DNA from: Fimicolochytrium jonesii
Lineage: Eukaryota
Length of the DNA: 64,000 nucleotides
Reading direction: 5' to 3'
Assembly (NCBI RefSeq): GCF_025526975.1
Contig: NW_026515699.1
Location: 124,001 to 188,000 of the forward strand
Shown in pieces: positions 48,820-62,254 of this stretch; position 1 is the stretch's first letter, and each line of letters starts with the position of its first letter. The position numbers were made by a program, and so were the translations under genes. The notes under the pieces are model-generated. The model did not search any database. It saw nothing but the letters and a program-made list of their open reading frames with translations, and was not told the origin of the DNA.

Positions 48820-51148
48820 TCAATAAACCCCGGGAACAAAGACCCACTTGACCCTCCTACAGTACCTCTCCCAATCCCTGTCGCCATACTTGATCCTGCA
48901 CGCCTTGTCGTCCCGCATGGCGCGGTGCACGAGCAGGATGAAGAAGTAGAGGGCGTAGAAGTACGGGAGCGGGGACGCGAACCCGGTCGTCAGACACCAG
49001 GAGATGCCCATCAGCCAGTCGCCTACCAAATTCATCGGGGGGTGGGGGGGTCATCATCAGCTCGCATCCGTGTTTCGGGATGATATGAAAAAAAAAAAGT
49101 GGAATACGGATAGCTTACCGAGGTAGTTGATCTTCCTCGCGACGCCCCACCACCCTCTGACGAGCAGCCTGGTCCCCCGCTGGGTATCGATGTAATCCAG
49201 ATGCGCGATGCGGGGGTGGGCGGGCGGCAGCGTGCGGAAGGCGTCCTTCTCGCTGTTGGCGCTGCGCATGATGTACATGCCGAATAGCTCGATCGCGGTG
49301 ATGGCGAGGAGGCCAAAGTGCGTCAGCGGGCCGGGCGAGGTCGTGAGATACAGCGCTTGGAGGGTGAATGTGAACGGGACCCAGACGAGGTCTGTGGGGT
49401 ATCAGAAGGGGGTGGTGTGGGGGTGAGTAGGGGGGGTTGTTGAGAGGGGGAGAGTGACGATGAAATAGACGCACCACCAAAAGCCAACATCATCCCAAAC
49501 CCATCGGTCGTGATATCCATCGTGGTCAAGATCGCGGCCTCGTTCCACACGCCGTCGAGGACATACAGCCCCTGGAACAACAACACCAGCCACATGGCTC
49601 CGCTCACATGTCCGTAGGTGTCGTACTGCTTGCACGCATAGCAGATGTTCAGCGCGGACCATCCGATCATCCCCGGGCGCAGCTCGCAGAAATACTTGAG
49701 GTCGAACCACCCGAAGAGCCGCGGGTTGAGCTCGCGCCCCATCCAGAAGTCGTACAGGTGGTAGCCCGTGTCGCCGCCCTCGGCCAAGATGGGCCTGTCG
49801 GCTTCCGACTCGGGGACGCGGTGGGAGAAGAGGAAGAGTAGACCGGACAGTGTGAGTGCGATTAAGGAGGTTGCAAAGGCAAGCTGTAAGTGGTTGTCAG
49901 CGACCCAGAGGAAGGGCGCGAGGCCCTTGGAGGAGTAGAGGGCGAAGAGGCCTATGTGCGTCGTGACCCAGCAGGAGAAGGCGTTGATGGTGTATGTGAG
50001 GCGGCGGTTGTTGAGCGCGGGGATCGGGGTGCCTTTGCGGTAGGTTGCGGGGAGGAAGCCGTACAGGAGGGCTTGAAACAATAACCAACCGGTGACGACC
50101 AGCAGGGCGCGAAAGGAGAAGAAGGTGGTGTGGCGGATCTGGTCGAGGAGGAAACCGACGGGCCGCTCGTAGAAATCGGGCGAAGGGCAGTTTCCGCCGG
50201 ACTCGCTGTCGCTTGGGGTCGGGTTGCAGAGCACGTGAAGGAGGTGCACGACTAGGGGCACGCCGATCACGACGAGGGCGGTGCCGTGTGGGCCGAGGAA
50301 CTCGAAATCGTGTGCGGACGTCGCGTGCGCGCTGGAGGTGCCGGAGGTGGTCGGCGGGCCATCGCCGTAGACTGATCCCGCCACGGTCGACTGATCTTCA
50401 CTCACGTCGTCAACAAGTCGCGCGAATCTGAATCGAAGAGGGATGCAGTTCCATTAGTTTGGGCGATGGATGGATGAAGCGAGTGGATAATTGGATGGTT
50501 GAAACGCTCGGTGGGTGGGGGAATCCTTACGCCTTTGGCGTTCTACCCATGAACCGACTATCTACTATCAAGCATCAACCGTCGGTCCACCCGTCAACAA
50601 ACATGCTGCTCGCTCGCAAGGAAGATCTGACGCTAGCTGAGACTCGCTCAGAAATGCGGGTGAGGGGAGTATTGCGCCTTTGGCGTAATCTGGTTCGCCC
50701 CAGGACTCGCCCGCCCCACGCATACCTGCCGCTCACGACGCTCGGCCACTCACCCATCGTAGTTATCATCCTCATTCAAGAACTCATCATAATCCCCCTC
50801 CTCCTCACTCTCATCCCCCTCGTCCTCAAATCTCGATGAAACATTCGACTCAGTCTCCTCCCTACTAGCCAGCGCCGCCGCCGCGGTAGCCGCCTTCCGC
50901 GTCGCAGCAGTGACTTTCTTAGTAGCAAGGGAGGCCACGGACGAAGCCTCAGAAGCGGTCGAGACTCGACGGGCGTGTCCTTTGGGCTCGCCGTTGGTTG
51001 CGGCAGTCGCGCGGGATGAGGTGGGGGGTTCGGTGGTGGATGATCTGGGCGTGCTGCGGGTACCCCCCCGCGAGGTGGAGGGGAGCGGGTCGTGTTGGTC
51101 GTCGCCGCCGACGATGGGGGTGCGGCGGGCGGGTCTTCGGGAGGTCAT
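48820..51148 (-). CDS. ERG24: Delta14-sterol reductase (ERG24/LBR family) with a long hydrophilic N-terminus
   Basis: YDFWMGRELNPR, ELRPGMIGW, TTMDITTDGFGMMLAFG, GWWGVARKINYLGDWL, RDDKACRIKYG…VPGVY. Confidence 0.9.
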
Positions 51149-51604
51149 GGCTGGGAGGGGGGGTGGGACTTGTAGAAGAGAAGCGAGGGTGGGTTGAGGG
51201 AGCTTATATGTAGGGGGGGAGGAAGTGTGAAAAGTCTGTGTGAGAGAATCATGCCACCCGCCCGTTGGCTCATCCATCAGTCGGAGGGCATCCATTCATC
51301 ACGCGTCGCTCGCTCTTCGCCGCTTTTCGCGCACCTGAACGATGAGAACCCTACGCATTCCCCTAAGAGATCCGAGTGAATCACGCCTGCTCGTCGTGTA
51401 TAGGGCGAACTCTCCCTTTGCACTACAATAATGTCTATGCACACACGCTGTCTCATCCTGCGATTCCGCTGCAACGTGCTCACAGGCAGCATAGGAAACG
51501 TCAACTCAAAGTGCAGCTCAAACCAAATTGAACGCTTTTTTTGTCATGATGTAATCAATCAAATTCCTAAATCATAAAATACAACCCCTAGCGCCTCAGG
51601 CCTT

Positions 51605-52360
51605 CTACGACTTCAGCATTGCGTCCATCGTGATTTCAATAGCTCGGACAGACGTTTCTCGGCCTCCATCCTTGGTCACGCTCTGCATGATGCACTGCCC
51701 GCGAATAAACAAGTTATTCAAATCGTCAGGAGTGATAACCTCCAGGTTGCGCTGTGCCTCGGCAACGATACGTTTGAACTCTGTCACATACGAATCCATC
51801 GACTTATGAAAAGTCATTCGATGCAGAGCATTGAGCGCGTTGGTTTTCGCGTTCGTAGGATAAAAGGCTAACTTAAAAGCCGTTTCGAAATCCTCTTTCC
51901 GCATATCAAGCCTGCATGCGGTATCGAACCAGGTGGTGCGTCGCCTTCAAGCGAGCCAGATACCTTCTGCATGTACTTGAAGTCATCAATCGGAAGACCA
52001 AAAGTAAGCATGAAGTCCGTATGCTTCTGCAAGAATGTGTCGACAAAAGCGGCCTCGCGCCTTTTGCCATTGAACGGATGCTGCGAGATCCATGTACCCT
52101 GGTGCCTACGCTGCTCGATATAGAACGGATCCACTGATCCATCCTGCAGCAGGCCATCACGGCGCATCGCAGAATCATGCTCCAACGTAGCTCGCAAGCG
52201 ATCCTGTCGAACCTGGTTGCGCTGTGCCTCCGTTTCTTCAGCAGAAGTGCTGCGATCTTCCATGGGGTCCGCACGTTGCAAGAAGGTTCATGTTCGAGCA
52301 GAGTCGGGGATGGGCGGGTGGGCGCATGACTGTCAGGACCATCGTCTTTGCCATCTTGGT
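51605..52360 (-). mobile_element. Ty3/gypsy gag remnant (frameshifted)
   Basis: SLEGDA…; EDFETAFKLAFYP…NALNALHRM…SMDSYVTEF…LFIRG matches the retrotransposon gag pattern. Confidence 0.75.
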
Positions 52361-53106
52361 CAGTACCGTTGACGCCAGGGGATGGTGGTTTGTAAAGGTT
52401 TTGAAATGCTTTTGTAGGGTTTTTGCACGGTGTCGGCGTTTTGTATTGTTTCGGTATGTGTGTTGCGATAGGAGTGATTCGATCCTGGGTACTGGTGGTG
52501 GACAGATGTGGGAACCCCTTCCAAGCAGCGTAAAAGCGCCTCGACCGCTACCGCTCGTGTATGGTAGAATAGTACGGCGGCAACCGGTGGCTTGCTTTGA
52601 TAGGGGCTCTTGTACTTTGATGTCGGCTATGATATCGTGCTCCCGGAATGCCTTCCCCGTCCGCGCTCGCTCTCTAAAGTGAGGGAAGGTTGATTGGTTG
52701 GTTGAAGCGATGAAAATGGAAGCGATGTTTGTTGGTTGAACGATGAAAGTGGAAGCGATCGTTGATGGTTGGCTAGTTGAACGTTACCCTGCTCGCTCCG
52801 CTGGGACGCTCGGCACTCTGCACCCACCTGACGCCCTATCGCACCCTTTATGCAGAAGCTGACGCCGTTCCCTCGCATCGGCCCAAGTGTCCCTTGCACC
52901 TGAATGGGGGTTACATGGGAACCAGCTCGAATATGTGGGCGGTTTCAGCGAGGTGTTCCTACGACGTTGGGTGCTTGTCGTTGCGATGTGCGACTTGTGG
53001 CGCGTCCTCAACTAAATAGATCAGATTAGAGGGGCTGAGTCTCATCAGGAGAGAGAGAGCGAGCGACCGCACGGCTCAAAGGGGCAACAAACGCGCCTCT
53101 CAAAGC

Positions 53107-53142
<36 letters not shown>

Positions 53143-53273
53143 GCGCTACCCTCGCTACTCGCTCCCTTCCTTGCTCCTGAAATACTGTACATAACCTCTC
53201 TTACAACCCACTCTATCCCCCGTCCTCTTCTCAAAGAACTCCGTCCCATACTTCCTATCTGCCACACCCGACC

Positions 53274-54816
53274 ATGTCCTCCCAACAACCCTCCCACTTT
53301 CACTCCTCCTCCTCCTCCTACAACCCCAACAACGATAATATGAACGACCCAAGGGGAACACCCAGCCGCCACAGTAGATATCGCGCTGTCTGCTGCTGTT
53401 GTATACCCGTCAGACTGGGCGCCGGCTTGTTGAGCGCGTTCATGATTGTGAGTGTGTGGTCAGATGGGTGTGTGATGGGACTGAGGAACGCGGAAGGCTG
53501 GAAGCGATGCGAGGCTCCCCGCGAACGGAGCGAGCAGGGTATCGTTGTTGACGGGTTGATGATAGATCATCGTTCATCGCTTCGCATCGCGGCTGTTAAT
53601 ACGTTTTTCTTCTCGTTGATTGCAGGTATCGAGCGTCGGTGTCATTATCGTCAGTGTAGTGAAGCGGGATGCATGTGAGTTGTTGGGGATGTTCTTGTCG
53701 TTCTTTCTGCAGAGTATGGTTTGGTGATCCTGATTTCATCCATTTCCTCTATGATTCCAGGGAGCTATCCAAACTGGGCCCACATAAGCACCATCGGCGC
53801 CGACACCTTCCTCGCCGGCGCCGGCCTGGTCGCTCTAACCGGCCTCCTCTTTGTAAGTTCACCCCAAACTCACACACACCCCCAAAAAATACCCCCCTCT
53901 AACACGGCCCCCCTTTCCCCCAACACAGTCCCTAAAATCCCCCCTAACATCCTGGCTCCGCTTCCACACCCTCATCCTCCTCATCTCCTTCGCCCGCTCC
54001 CTCGCCCAACCACTGACAATGCTCCTCCGCCGCTCCACCCTCCTCGCACTCTGCCAACAACGAACCCCGCCCGCCTTGCCTGGGGGATCACAGCCCACCT
54101 GTGAGGCGACGGTCATCATCGCCATCGTTGTGGCGTTCGTGTCGGGTGTGGTTAGCGTTGCGGGGACGTATTGGTTGTATGTGCTTCTGAAAAGATGGAG
54201 AGAAGAGAGGTGGGAACTGGAGGGACCGGTGGATGAGATGCAGAGGAGGAGGCGGAGGAGCACGTTACAGAAAAAGGGGATGTACGGGACATTAACCGAT
54301 TCCACTGTCGAGAAGTACGATGACGCCCCGCACCACGCATCTCACGCTGGGCACCTCCCGAACGAGAACGAGCACCACAAAGACGCACTCGCAGAACAAG
54401 CCCTCGCCATCTCGCGACGCAACACCCTCCCGCGGCGTCCCGTCTCGGAAGTCACGGTCGACATCCCGCATTCACACGACTCTGACTTCACCGCCCCCTT
54501 ACTGAACACACATCATCCCGACGCGTACCAGCAGCATTTCGATAGCGCCTATCTGCCGCGTGCCCCGGCCCCGTCGGCGGAATCGCCCCCGACCGCGACG
54601 ACGGTCCCCACGAGCCCGCCCCCGCCCTTCTCGTCCCGCGACCAGCACCACCGTCCGTCCACGCTTCCGGCGGATCAGCAACACCATGGCCAACACCGTG
54701 AGGACGGGCGTGGTGAGCAAGCACAGCAGCAGCAAAGGGAGGACCAGGGGGACCCGGTCCCGCATTACCGGCACGTGTCTGGCGGGAAGATGTTCCAGGA
54801 GAGGCCGTTTGGGTAG
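53274..54816 (+). CDS. Four-TM membrane protein with an N-terminal CCCCIPVRLG motif and a disordered tail
   Basis: Exons joined through GT-AG introns (~53448-53625, ~53675-53760, ~53853-53928); four hydrophobic segments; ORF 54019-54816. Confidence 0.7.
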
Positions 54817-55246
54817 GGTTGGGTAGGGTTGAGGAGAAGGGGCGTAGCGTAGGTGGGAGTCTGGCGGAGGGAGGACGCAGTCAGCGTGGAGAGACTGGAT
54901 GTTGATAATGGCCGTACATTCTTTTGTTGCTGATGCGAAGCGTCGTTTATGACCCCCCCACGCCCGCAAATCCTCATAGCCCCCCCCCCCTTTCTGTAAA
55001 TACCATTCGTCAAACGACATCTGATAAATGTACTGTACATAGTCCGTATAACCCCCGCGCGATGGACATTCCCAGACTTGCGACAATCTGTTTTGTGTCC
55101 AGCAACCATATATTCGTCGTACCCATATGTTTTCATAAAACGATTACACCGCAATGGCTCACATCTCTACGCCGCATAACATCCTCAACCACTCAACTAC
55201 ATCATGTCCCCACTACCCGGGGGGGGGGGGGGGCCGGCTGATTGTT

Positions 55247-58200
55247 TCACAGCGACTCGGGTTTCGTGCTCCGCGGTTGCGTGGGCGAGTGTGACGTTTT
55301 TTCCACCGTTTTGAATGTGTTCTGCGGGGGCGTTTCCGGCTGTCCATCCTCCGCATCGCGCACCTCCGCACCCGGTTTGCTTTTGCGTGCTTTTCGGCGG
55401 TCCCAGGGGTTCTTCTTGGTGTCCGGTGTCGCTTTTTTGCGGGTGGGAGCCGGGGTGGCGGATGGGGCGTGGCTCGTGGGTGATTTCTTCTTCGTCTGCC
55501 GTGCGTCTGCGGACTGGGATCCGGCGTCGGATGGTGGCGTTTTGGACGCGGGGGTCTTCTTCCTGTTTGCCGATGTCGTGGACGCGGGTTTCGTCTCGGT
55601 CTGCTCCGCCGCTTCGACGCTCCGCTCCTGTTTCGCAGGTTGCTCCTCCGGCCCGACACTCGGCGCGGGTTTCGACCTCCCCGCTTTCGCAGATCGTGCC
55701 CGCTTGACCCGCCCCTCCGGGTTCGCAGTTCGCTCTGGCTTTGGCTTTGCATTCCGCTTCGGCGGTTTCGCACCCCGCGCCGACTTCCCGCCCGCCTCCA
55801 CCCTCCCCCGCTTGCTCGCACCCAACGCACCTCTCGCGCTCCTCAAAACCTCCTCAACCTCCCTCAACGCCAACTCCATCTCCAACACCTTCTGCTCATC
55901 CCGCTCACGAAACCTGTCCGCGTGCCCCTCCCTTTTCGCCGTAAGTTTCAGCAGCGATGTGCGTAAAGCCGCCAGGCACCGAAGCCGGGCTTGCAGGGGT
56001 TCCACGGGGCTGAGGCCATCGGCGCCGGCGGACTTCAGCGGGTCCTCCAAACAGCTAACGATCGCGGCCCTCGCCTGACTGACCAAGCGCACGCGATGGG
56101 GCTCCAACAACGCGCACGCGGCGCCAAACTCCCTCACCTCCACCAGCAGCTGCGCGAGGTTGGCCAAGAACGGTAGATCGGCGGGGTGAGCGGCGGGCGG
56201 CGGTCCGTTCGCGGTCCACTCCCTCACGACGTCCCGCGCGCGGTCCCGCCACACCTTGTCCTTCCCGGCGGACGTGTCCAGCGCATACGCTACGACCCTC
56301 GCCTGCGCGCGCACGCGGTTGCCGTCGCAGTCGTGGTCGAGGAACCGCCACGCGGCCTCCGGGTTGCGGTCGGTCATGAGCGTCCCGACCACCGTGTTGT
56401 AGATGTACGCGTCGGGGATGATGTCGCCTTTGCGGATGAACTGTTTGTACCAGAACACCGCCAGCCCCGGCTCGTTGATCCGCGCCGCGATGTGCAGGAC
56501 GCGGTCGAGGAGCTGCACGGTCCAGTCGACGCGCGGCGTGGTCATCCTGTTCGGCGCGAGCTCGTTGGGGGTGAGCCCGAGCCAGGTGTGGATGATCGGG
56601 AGGGCGGTGAGTGTGTCTTCTTTCGTCGGCGCGCGGATGAAGCAGGTGAGGAGGGCGGTGAAGAGGGTTGCGTCGACGTATTCGGGGGCGTTGCGGATGA
56701 AGGCTTTGGTGTCTGTGATGGGTTTTTTGGCGCGGGCGGGGCGGGGTTTGATGTTTTTGGTGCATTCGGTTTGGATGGTGGCCCAGATTTGGAGGGCGTG
56801 GGTGAAGCCGAGGGATCCGCCGCGTTCGGCGCAGAGGCGGAGCATGTAGGTGAAGGTGACGATGTCGAAGGTGGTGGCGTCCGTGGTCGCCAATTGCGAC
56901 GGTGTGGGGTCCGTGGGTTCTGAGCCTTGTGCGGCTTCTACCGCCTGAGGGTACGTTTTGTGGTACAATTCCCAGGCGAGGTCCCACCCGCCTTCGTTGA
57001 TGCAGTACAGACACACTTTCAGGAGGGCGTTCAACTGGATGGTGGACAGTTTGGGAAGGGTTTCGTAGAGTTTGATTGCGCTTTCGAGACGATTCTTGCG
57101 GTTGGCAGGATCTCCGTTCGCGGCCGCCGCGTCTGCGAGGATGCTGAACAGCGATGTATACGTTCGATCCGTAGGTTTCAAATTCCGCTTCTCCATCTAT
57201 TAATCCAAATCCAAACCGTTGAGTAAACACGGCTCTTTCATACCTCTCCCAATGCGCTCGGGAAAACCTACCAATCGGAAAACATGCAACGCCGCCTTCC
57301 AATTCCGCTTACTCCCAAACGCCGCAATCAGGTTCCCAAACACTTCCGGCGTGCTAGCCCCCTGATGCCGCATCAGCAGCTCCAATGCTTCCTCCTCGCA
57401 CCCGGTACCCACAAGCCGCGCAAGGCGGGCGCTCAGATGGTAGGGGTCGCTGTACCAAGCCTGCCGTTCCGCTGGCGATGCCGCTTTGGGCGGTCGATTG
57501 TCTCGTGGGGCTTCCTGTTCCTCCGGAGCTGTTGTTCGTGGAGGTCTGAAATCGCCCGGGCCGTCGGTAAAGTCGTCTCGCTCTGGTTTTCGTGGAAAAA
57601 GCCGACCCATGACATCGCGCGGGTCGGTGTCGTCACGATCGGTTGTTCGTGGGTATGCCCCACTACTGACACCGCGCGGGCTTTCCCTCTCGTCTCCATC
57701 TGTATTCCGCGGGTATGCCTCACTCCTGCCATCGCGCGGGGCTATCCTTTCATCACGATCTGTTGTTCGCGGGTATGCCTTGAGATCGCCCGGGGCATCC
57801 CTCTCGTCTCGAGCTGCTGTCCGTGGATATCCCTCACTCCTCACACCGGCTGTTGTCCGTGGATATCCCTCACTTCTAACACCGGCTGTCGTCCGTGGGT
57901 ATGCCCCACCCCTCCCTACCCCACTTCTACCGTCGTTGCCATTACTAACTCCGCCCCGTCGCGTTTCAAAGAAGTCTTCTTCATCAACGGGTTTCCGGTT
58001 AGACGGCCCTCTCCGTCCCTCATACTCGGCGTCCCGGTCCTCCATATACCGCCCGTCGTCGTTCCGCATGCGGGAAGACCGCACGGGGAAGTGCTCCTTA
58101 TCAAAGTCATTGCGCGCGGGCACTCTTCTGGGCGCACTTTCTTCGCGGCGCTCCGTGGTCCAATCTTTGTCGGTTACGAGGTCTTTGAATTTGGTCTTCC

Positions 58201-58318
58201 AGGAGTCGTGGTGCACGGAGGCGAGGCGGAAGGTGCGTTCGCAGGTTTTGCATTTTGTTGTTGGGCGAAGGTTCAGGTGGTGCCGGGCGGCGGAGAGTAC
58301 CGTTTTCGGGCGATACAT
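55247..58318 (-). CDS. Mitochondrial pentatricopeptide-repeat (PPR) protein
   Basis: Presequence; EVFGNLIAAFG…ALHVFRL|MEKRNLKPTDRTYTSLF, IVTFTYMLRLC, PDAYIYNTVV; intron ~57197-57271. Confidence 0.9.
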
Positions 58319-58932
58319 TATGTGCTGGTAGCTTGACCCCGGCGCGAAAGAGGGAGCGGCGCTGAATGTGTCTCTACTGAGTTCCTCTCCTGGTGTATCT
58401 CACCCGTCGGGAGTTCACACAATAGCAGCCAGAAGCACCATGGCAAGGCGACGCTCGACAAAACAACCCGGTGGAAGACGCTCCCTCCGACTGCGCGCAG
58501 GAAGGGGAGGCGCCTGGTCACGTGACTCCCTAAGAGGTCGGAGTTGCTTACGAACACTTCCTCTCTCTCTTTCGCACACTGACAGTGCTCCCAATTAAGC
58601 TTGCTGCAAATGTGTGCTGGAGAAATAGGCACCCCGTGGGCGCGGGTGGAGGTGGGGTCGAAACAAACTATTTCCCCCACGCAGCATCCACCCCTCTTAC
58701 ATTCTGCGCTTTCCTCAGATCCGACCTACCCGCATCTTTTACATATTCCTGTCCGAACTCTGCATCAAGAGAGGTGAGTGCTTTTGCTCTGCAGTCGTGG
58801 CCGGGTGATCCGGCAGGCGGGGGGAAAGTGTTCTCCTGACACTTCTCATCTAACGGCTTGCTGTTACGCTCCTCACAGTCTCGCTGCCACATCAATCCGG
58901 TTCTATATCCAGCCTTCGAAGCGCATTTCATC

Positions 58933-59611
58933 ATGCAAGCACAACCTCAGATGTCGACGGTCCAGCCCGGCTTCGTACCGGCCACGGCTATACCCGGACA
59001 AGCAAATGTAAGGATGTCACCTGCAGCCTCATAAGAACGGCGATCACTCCCGCCAACCATAGAACCTTCCTCTCAAACCCCACAGGTAGTGGTAGTCACT
59101 CAAGTCGTGCAACGCCCCCCGAAAGACTGGACATTTGGGCTCTTTGACTGTTTCGGCGACTGCGGCTCCTGCTGCCTAGCGATGTTCTGCCCGTGCATCG
59201 TGTACGGCAAAAACAAGCAATCGCTGAACAAATCCGACGGATGCGGGGGTGATTGCTGCATCTATTGCATCACCAACCCATGCTGTTCGGCGTGCGTTGG
59301 GGCCGGTGGACGGGCTTCGATTAGGAGCAAGTTCAATATTACGGGCGATGGGTGCTCTGATTGCGTAAGTTTCGGTTTTGGATGCGAGATGTGAACCAAA
59401 CACTCCCCTGTGAATATGACGCTCACTACGGAACATTCTTTTCATCTCGATGCAGATGGCGCACTGGTGCTGCATGCCCTGTGCGCTCACCCAAGAGAAG
59501 CGCGAGGTACGTTACGTCTTGATGCCAAACCGCCAATATGCACCCTTCCTAACGATTCTTGGTTTTCCCCCAACCCAGATCGATGCTATGATCGCCGCTG
59601 GGATGAACTAG
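58933..59611 (+). CDS. PLAC8/PCR cysteine-rich family protein (4 exons)
   Basis: DWTFGLFDCFGDCGSCCLAMFCPCIVYG…RASIRSKFNITGDGCSDC|MAHWCCMPCALTQEKRE. Confidence 0.93.
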
Positions 59612-60152
59612 GCCCAGCCAACCATAATTGCCAGAGTAAAGAAACAGCGGCTTCAACACACAGGAAAACCCCATCGAAAGGTTATTGGACATGATTCCAT
59701 ATGCCCGTGTTTCGTGAAACCCCACAACGATATGGACAACCCTTTTGAGGGAACTTTTGATGCACTTTGCTGCGAGGGGAGGGAAGATTGGAGTGTACTG
59801 TCGGTTTTTGAGAGAGATGAATAGAAGTTTGTAACTTTGAGTAGGCAACCAGTTCTGAGGAGTGTGAACTTGGAATCGGTTGGGAAGGTTGAGAATCCGC
59901 CTCGGATGCGCCTTTCATGTCGAACGAGTCGGACCCGCGCGTTCTGTCCGCTGAGCTCCCCTGCGCTTCCGCCGAAAGAGCCATCCCCCAGTATAGCGTC
60001 GGGCACCGAGCATCTAAAACACACTCTGAGCACCTGTTCTCGCGACCGAACGTCCAGATCCAGGCGGTGTCAATCAGTTTTCTTGTCTTTCCAGCCCACC
60101 GAAAAAGCTCAGGAATGTGCACTGGCGTTTGCCATTCACCGCCGGGAGACGC

Positions 60153-60515
60153 AAGTAGCGCCCCTGGGGGACGAGTGTCGGGAAATTCAAATCCATCACC
60201 CGCGATGGGCGGAAGATCGAGGCGGACCCAGTGAATAAGGTGGTTGCGGTCTTTGGGGTCACTGTGGCGGAGGTGACGGAGGATTTCAGAATCAAGCGGT
60301 TGGAGACGTTCTATGACCCTAGTGAACTGATTGCGCAGTTGATGAGGGAGTATAGGGTTTATGGACGGGTGGAGAAGGATGGGGTGGGGACGGATGGGGT
60401 GGGGACGACGGATGATGTTGTTGTGGATGACGGGCCGGTGGATGAGAAGGCGTTGAAGGAGGCGACCGTTCTAAGTGTCCGTTCTTTAATGGGGCGAAGA
60501 CTGAACAGTAAGTGA
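60153..60515 (+). pseudogene. 5'-truncated 'pathogen-related protein' (NTF2/SnoaL-like) remnant
   Basis: K*RPWGTSVGKF…VAVFGVTVAEVTEDFRIKRLETFYDPSEL. The recalled family motif is KWRHWG; no upstream exons are recognisable. Confidence 0.65.
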
Positions 60516-60832
60516 AGCATGAGTACACGTCTGCGCGGCGTAGAGTGGGCAGGCGTTTAGATAGATTGTAGAAGTCCAGCGTAGCCCTTTTGTTCTGTAA
60601 TCATAGATGAGGAGTGAATCCAACCAGAGTAATGCAACATAGAAATCACATCACTCTTCCCCAGGAACGGGTTTTGATATTCCATCCAAGGGTTGGTGGG
60701 CGAACAGCAGGTACGGACGAGGGTCAAGAAGCATGCTCTCGTACGCCGATTCCCATTCAACATGAGAGCAGAATCTGCCTAAGGCTACGTGCGCGGTTCC
60801 ATCCGACCCTCGAGCAGTATCTTGCCACTACA

Positions 60833-62254
60833 TTACTGCACGCCTTCAACCCTTGCCTTCTTCTTCGTCCTCTCCCTCTTGCCCTCGATCTCTCGAATCC
60901 CCTCAGAGTCCCTCTCACGACCTCCAGCCGCTCTCCCTACGCCAGCCCCACCAACCCGTGCTTCCTTCGCCTCTAGATCACTCCCAGCAACCCTTTTTGC
61001 CTCTCTGTCCTGTACTTCAACCCCTCCTGTAACGTTCTCTCCCCACCTCCACAAAACAACCCACCTAACAGTCCTCGCCATCCTCCCACTCCTCACCCTC
61101 CACTCACACCCCTCCCCGCTGTATCCCCCAAGCACCCCCTCAAGCACGCCCACATCACTCTTCCTTCCCACCAAACTGCTCCACCAACGCACCCGCCCCT
61201 TCAACTCCCTCGATTCCTCCACCAACTTCAATATGAACGCCAGCTCGCCCCCGGCTGTGATCATCTCGTTCAAGGCGCCGGTGCAGATGGCAGTCGGGGG
61301 GAGGTTTTTGGCGGAGCGGGAGGCGGCGATTTGGGAGGGGGAGGTGTAGAAGGGGGGATTGGTTAGAAGGAAGTCGTAGCTGGGGGGAAGTGAGCGGGTT
61401 TAGTTGGGGATGCGGGATAGGGTATATGGCATCAAAAGCATACGTACATCTGTGTTTTGAAGGAGACGAGTAATTCCGCTGGTAAGAGCGTATCCGATGA
61501 CTCGTTCAGCACGACTTTCACTCGCTTTTCTAGCCCATTGCGGGAGATGTTGGCGCGGGCGTAGGAGATGCTTCGGGGTTCGATATCTATACAATGAAAA
61601 TCAGACCAACTCAGAAGAAACATCTCACCCGCCCATATGTGTTGTGATATGAGGTTTGCTACGGTACCTAGAGCAAGCATATTCCATTGCTTGTTACGTG
61701 TACATGCTAGCAAGGGGTAGATGCACGAGGCCCCTGTTCCACTGGCCTCGGTTAGTACCAAAGAGAGATAAGAGTCTGCGGTGAACAAGGGGGCGGTCTT
61801 ACATATCGATCCCAAACACCTCCCGGTCTCCCTTCCCAGACTCCAAAATAAGGTCCTCAATCATAAGAATGTAATCGAGTCTATTTGGGACCTTCCAAGC
61901 ATAAAATCAGTCCAAATTTCCACCGATTGTAAATAAATGAAAGAAGCCTTTCGATTTGATTACCGGCGGACAAAGCGTATCCAACGGAATCTCCAACCTA
62001 ATCCCAAAATCGACCCACAGCAGCGCGCAGGTCAGTTCGCGTTGGGCGCGCGGGTCGGTGAAGTCGAGAGCGGGAGTGCCGGTTTTTGTTGTTACTATGC
62101 TATGGGCGTGTCGTTTGGAGGTGTTAGATGGTTGGGAAGAAAGGTGTGAGGTGGTGGTTTTGAGGGCACATACATACTATGGGCTGAGGTTTGGGTATTT
62201 TTGGGCGAGGGTGCGGAAGTCGGGTTTTTGGACGTAGGGGTTGCGGTCGTGCAT
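60833..62254 (-). CDS. METTL16: U6 snRNA m6A methyltransferase, METTL16 family
   Basis: MHDRNPY…PDFRTLAQKYP; LCPP|VPNRLDY; DI|GTGASCIYPLL; catalytic TNPPFY; GGELAF; WWSSLVG. Confidence 0.93.

Noticed and set aside
55242..58336. Long antisense and alternative-frame ORFs over the PPR gene (similarly over HPC2, ERG24 and the dirigent-like gene)
   Set aside because: Shadow ORFs expected from GC-rich codon usage.
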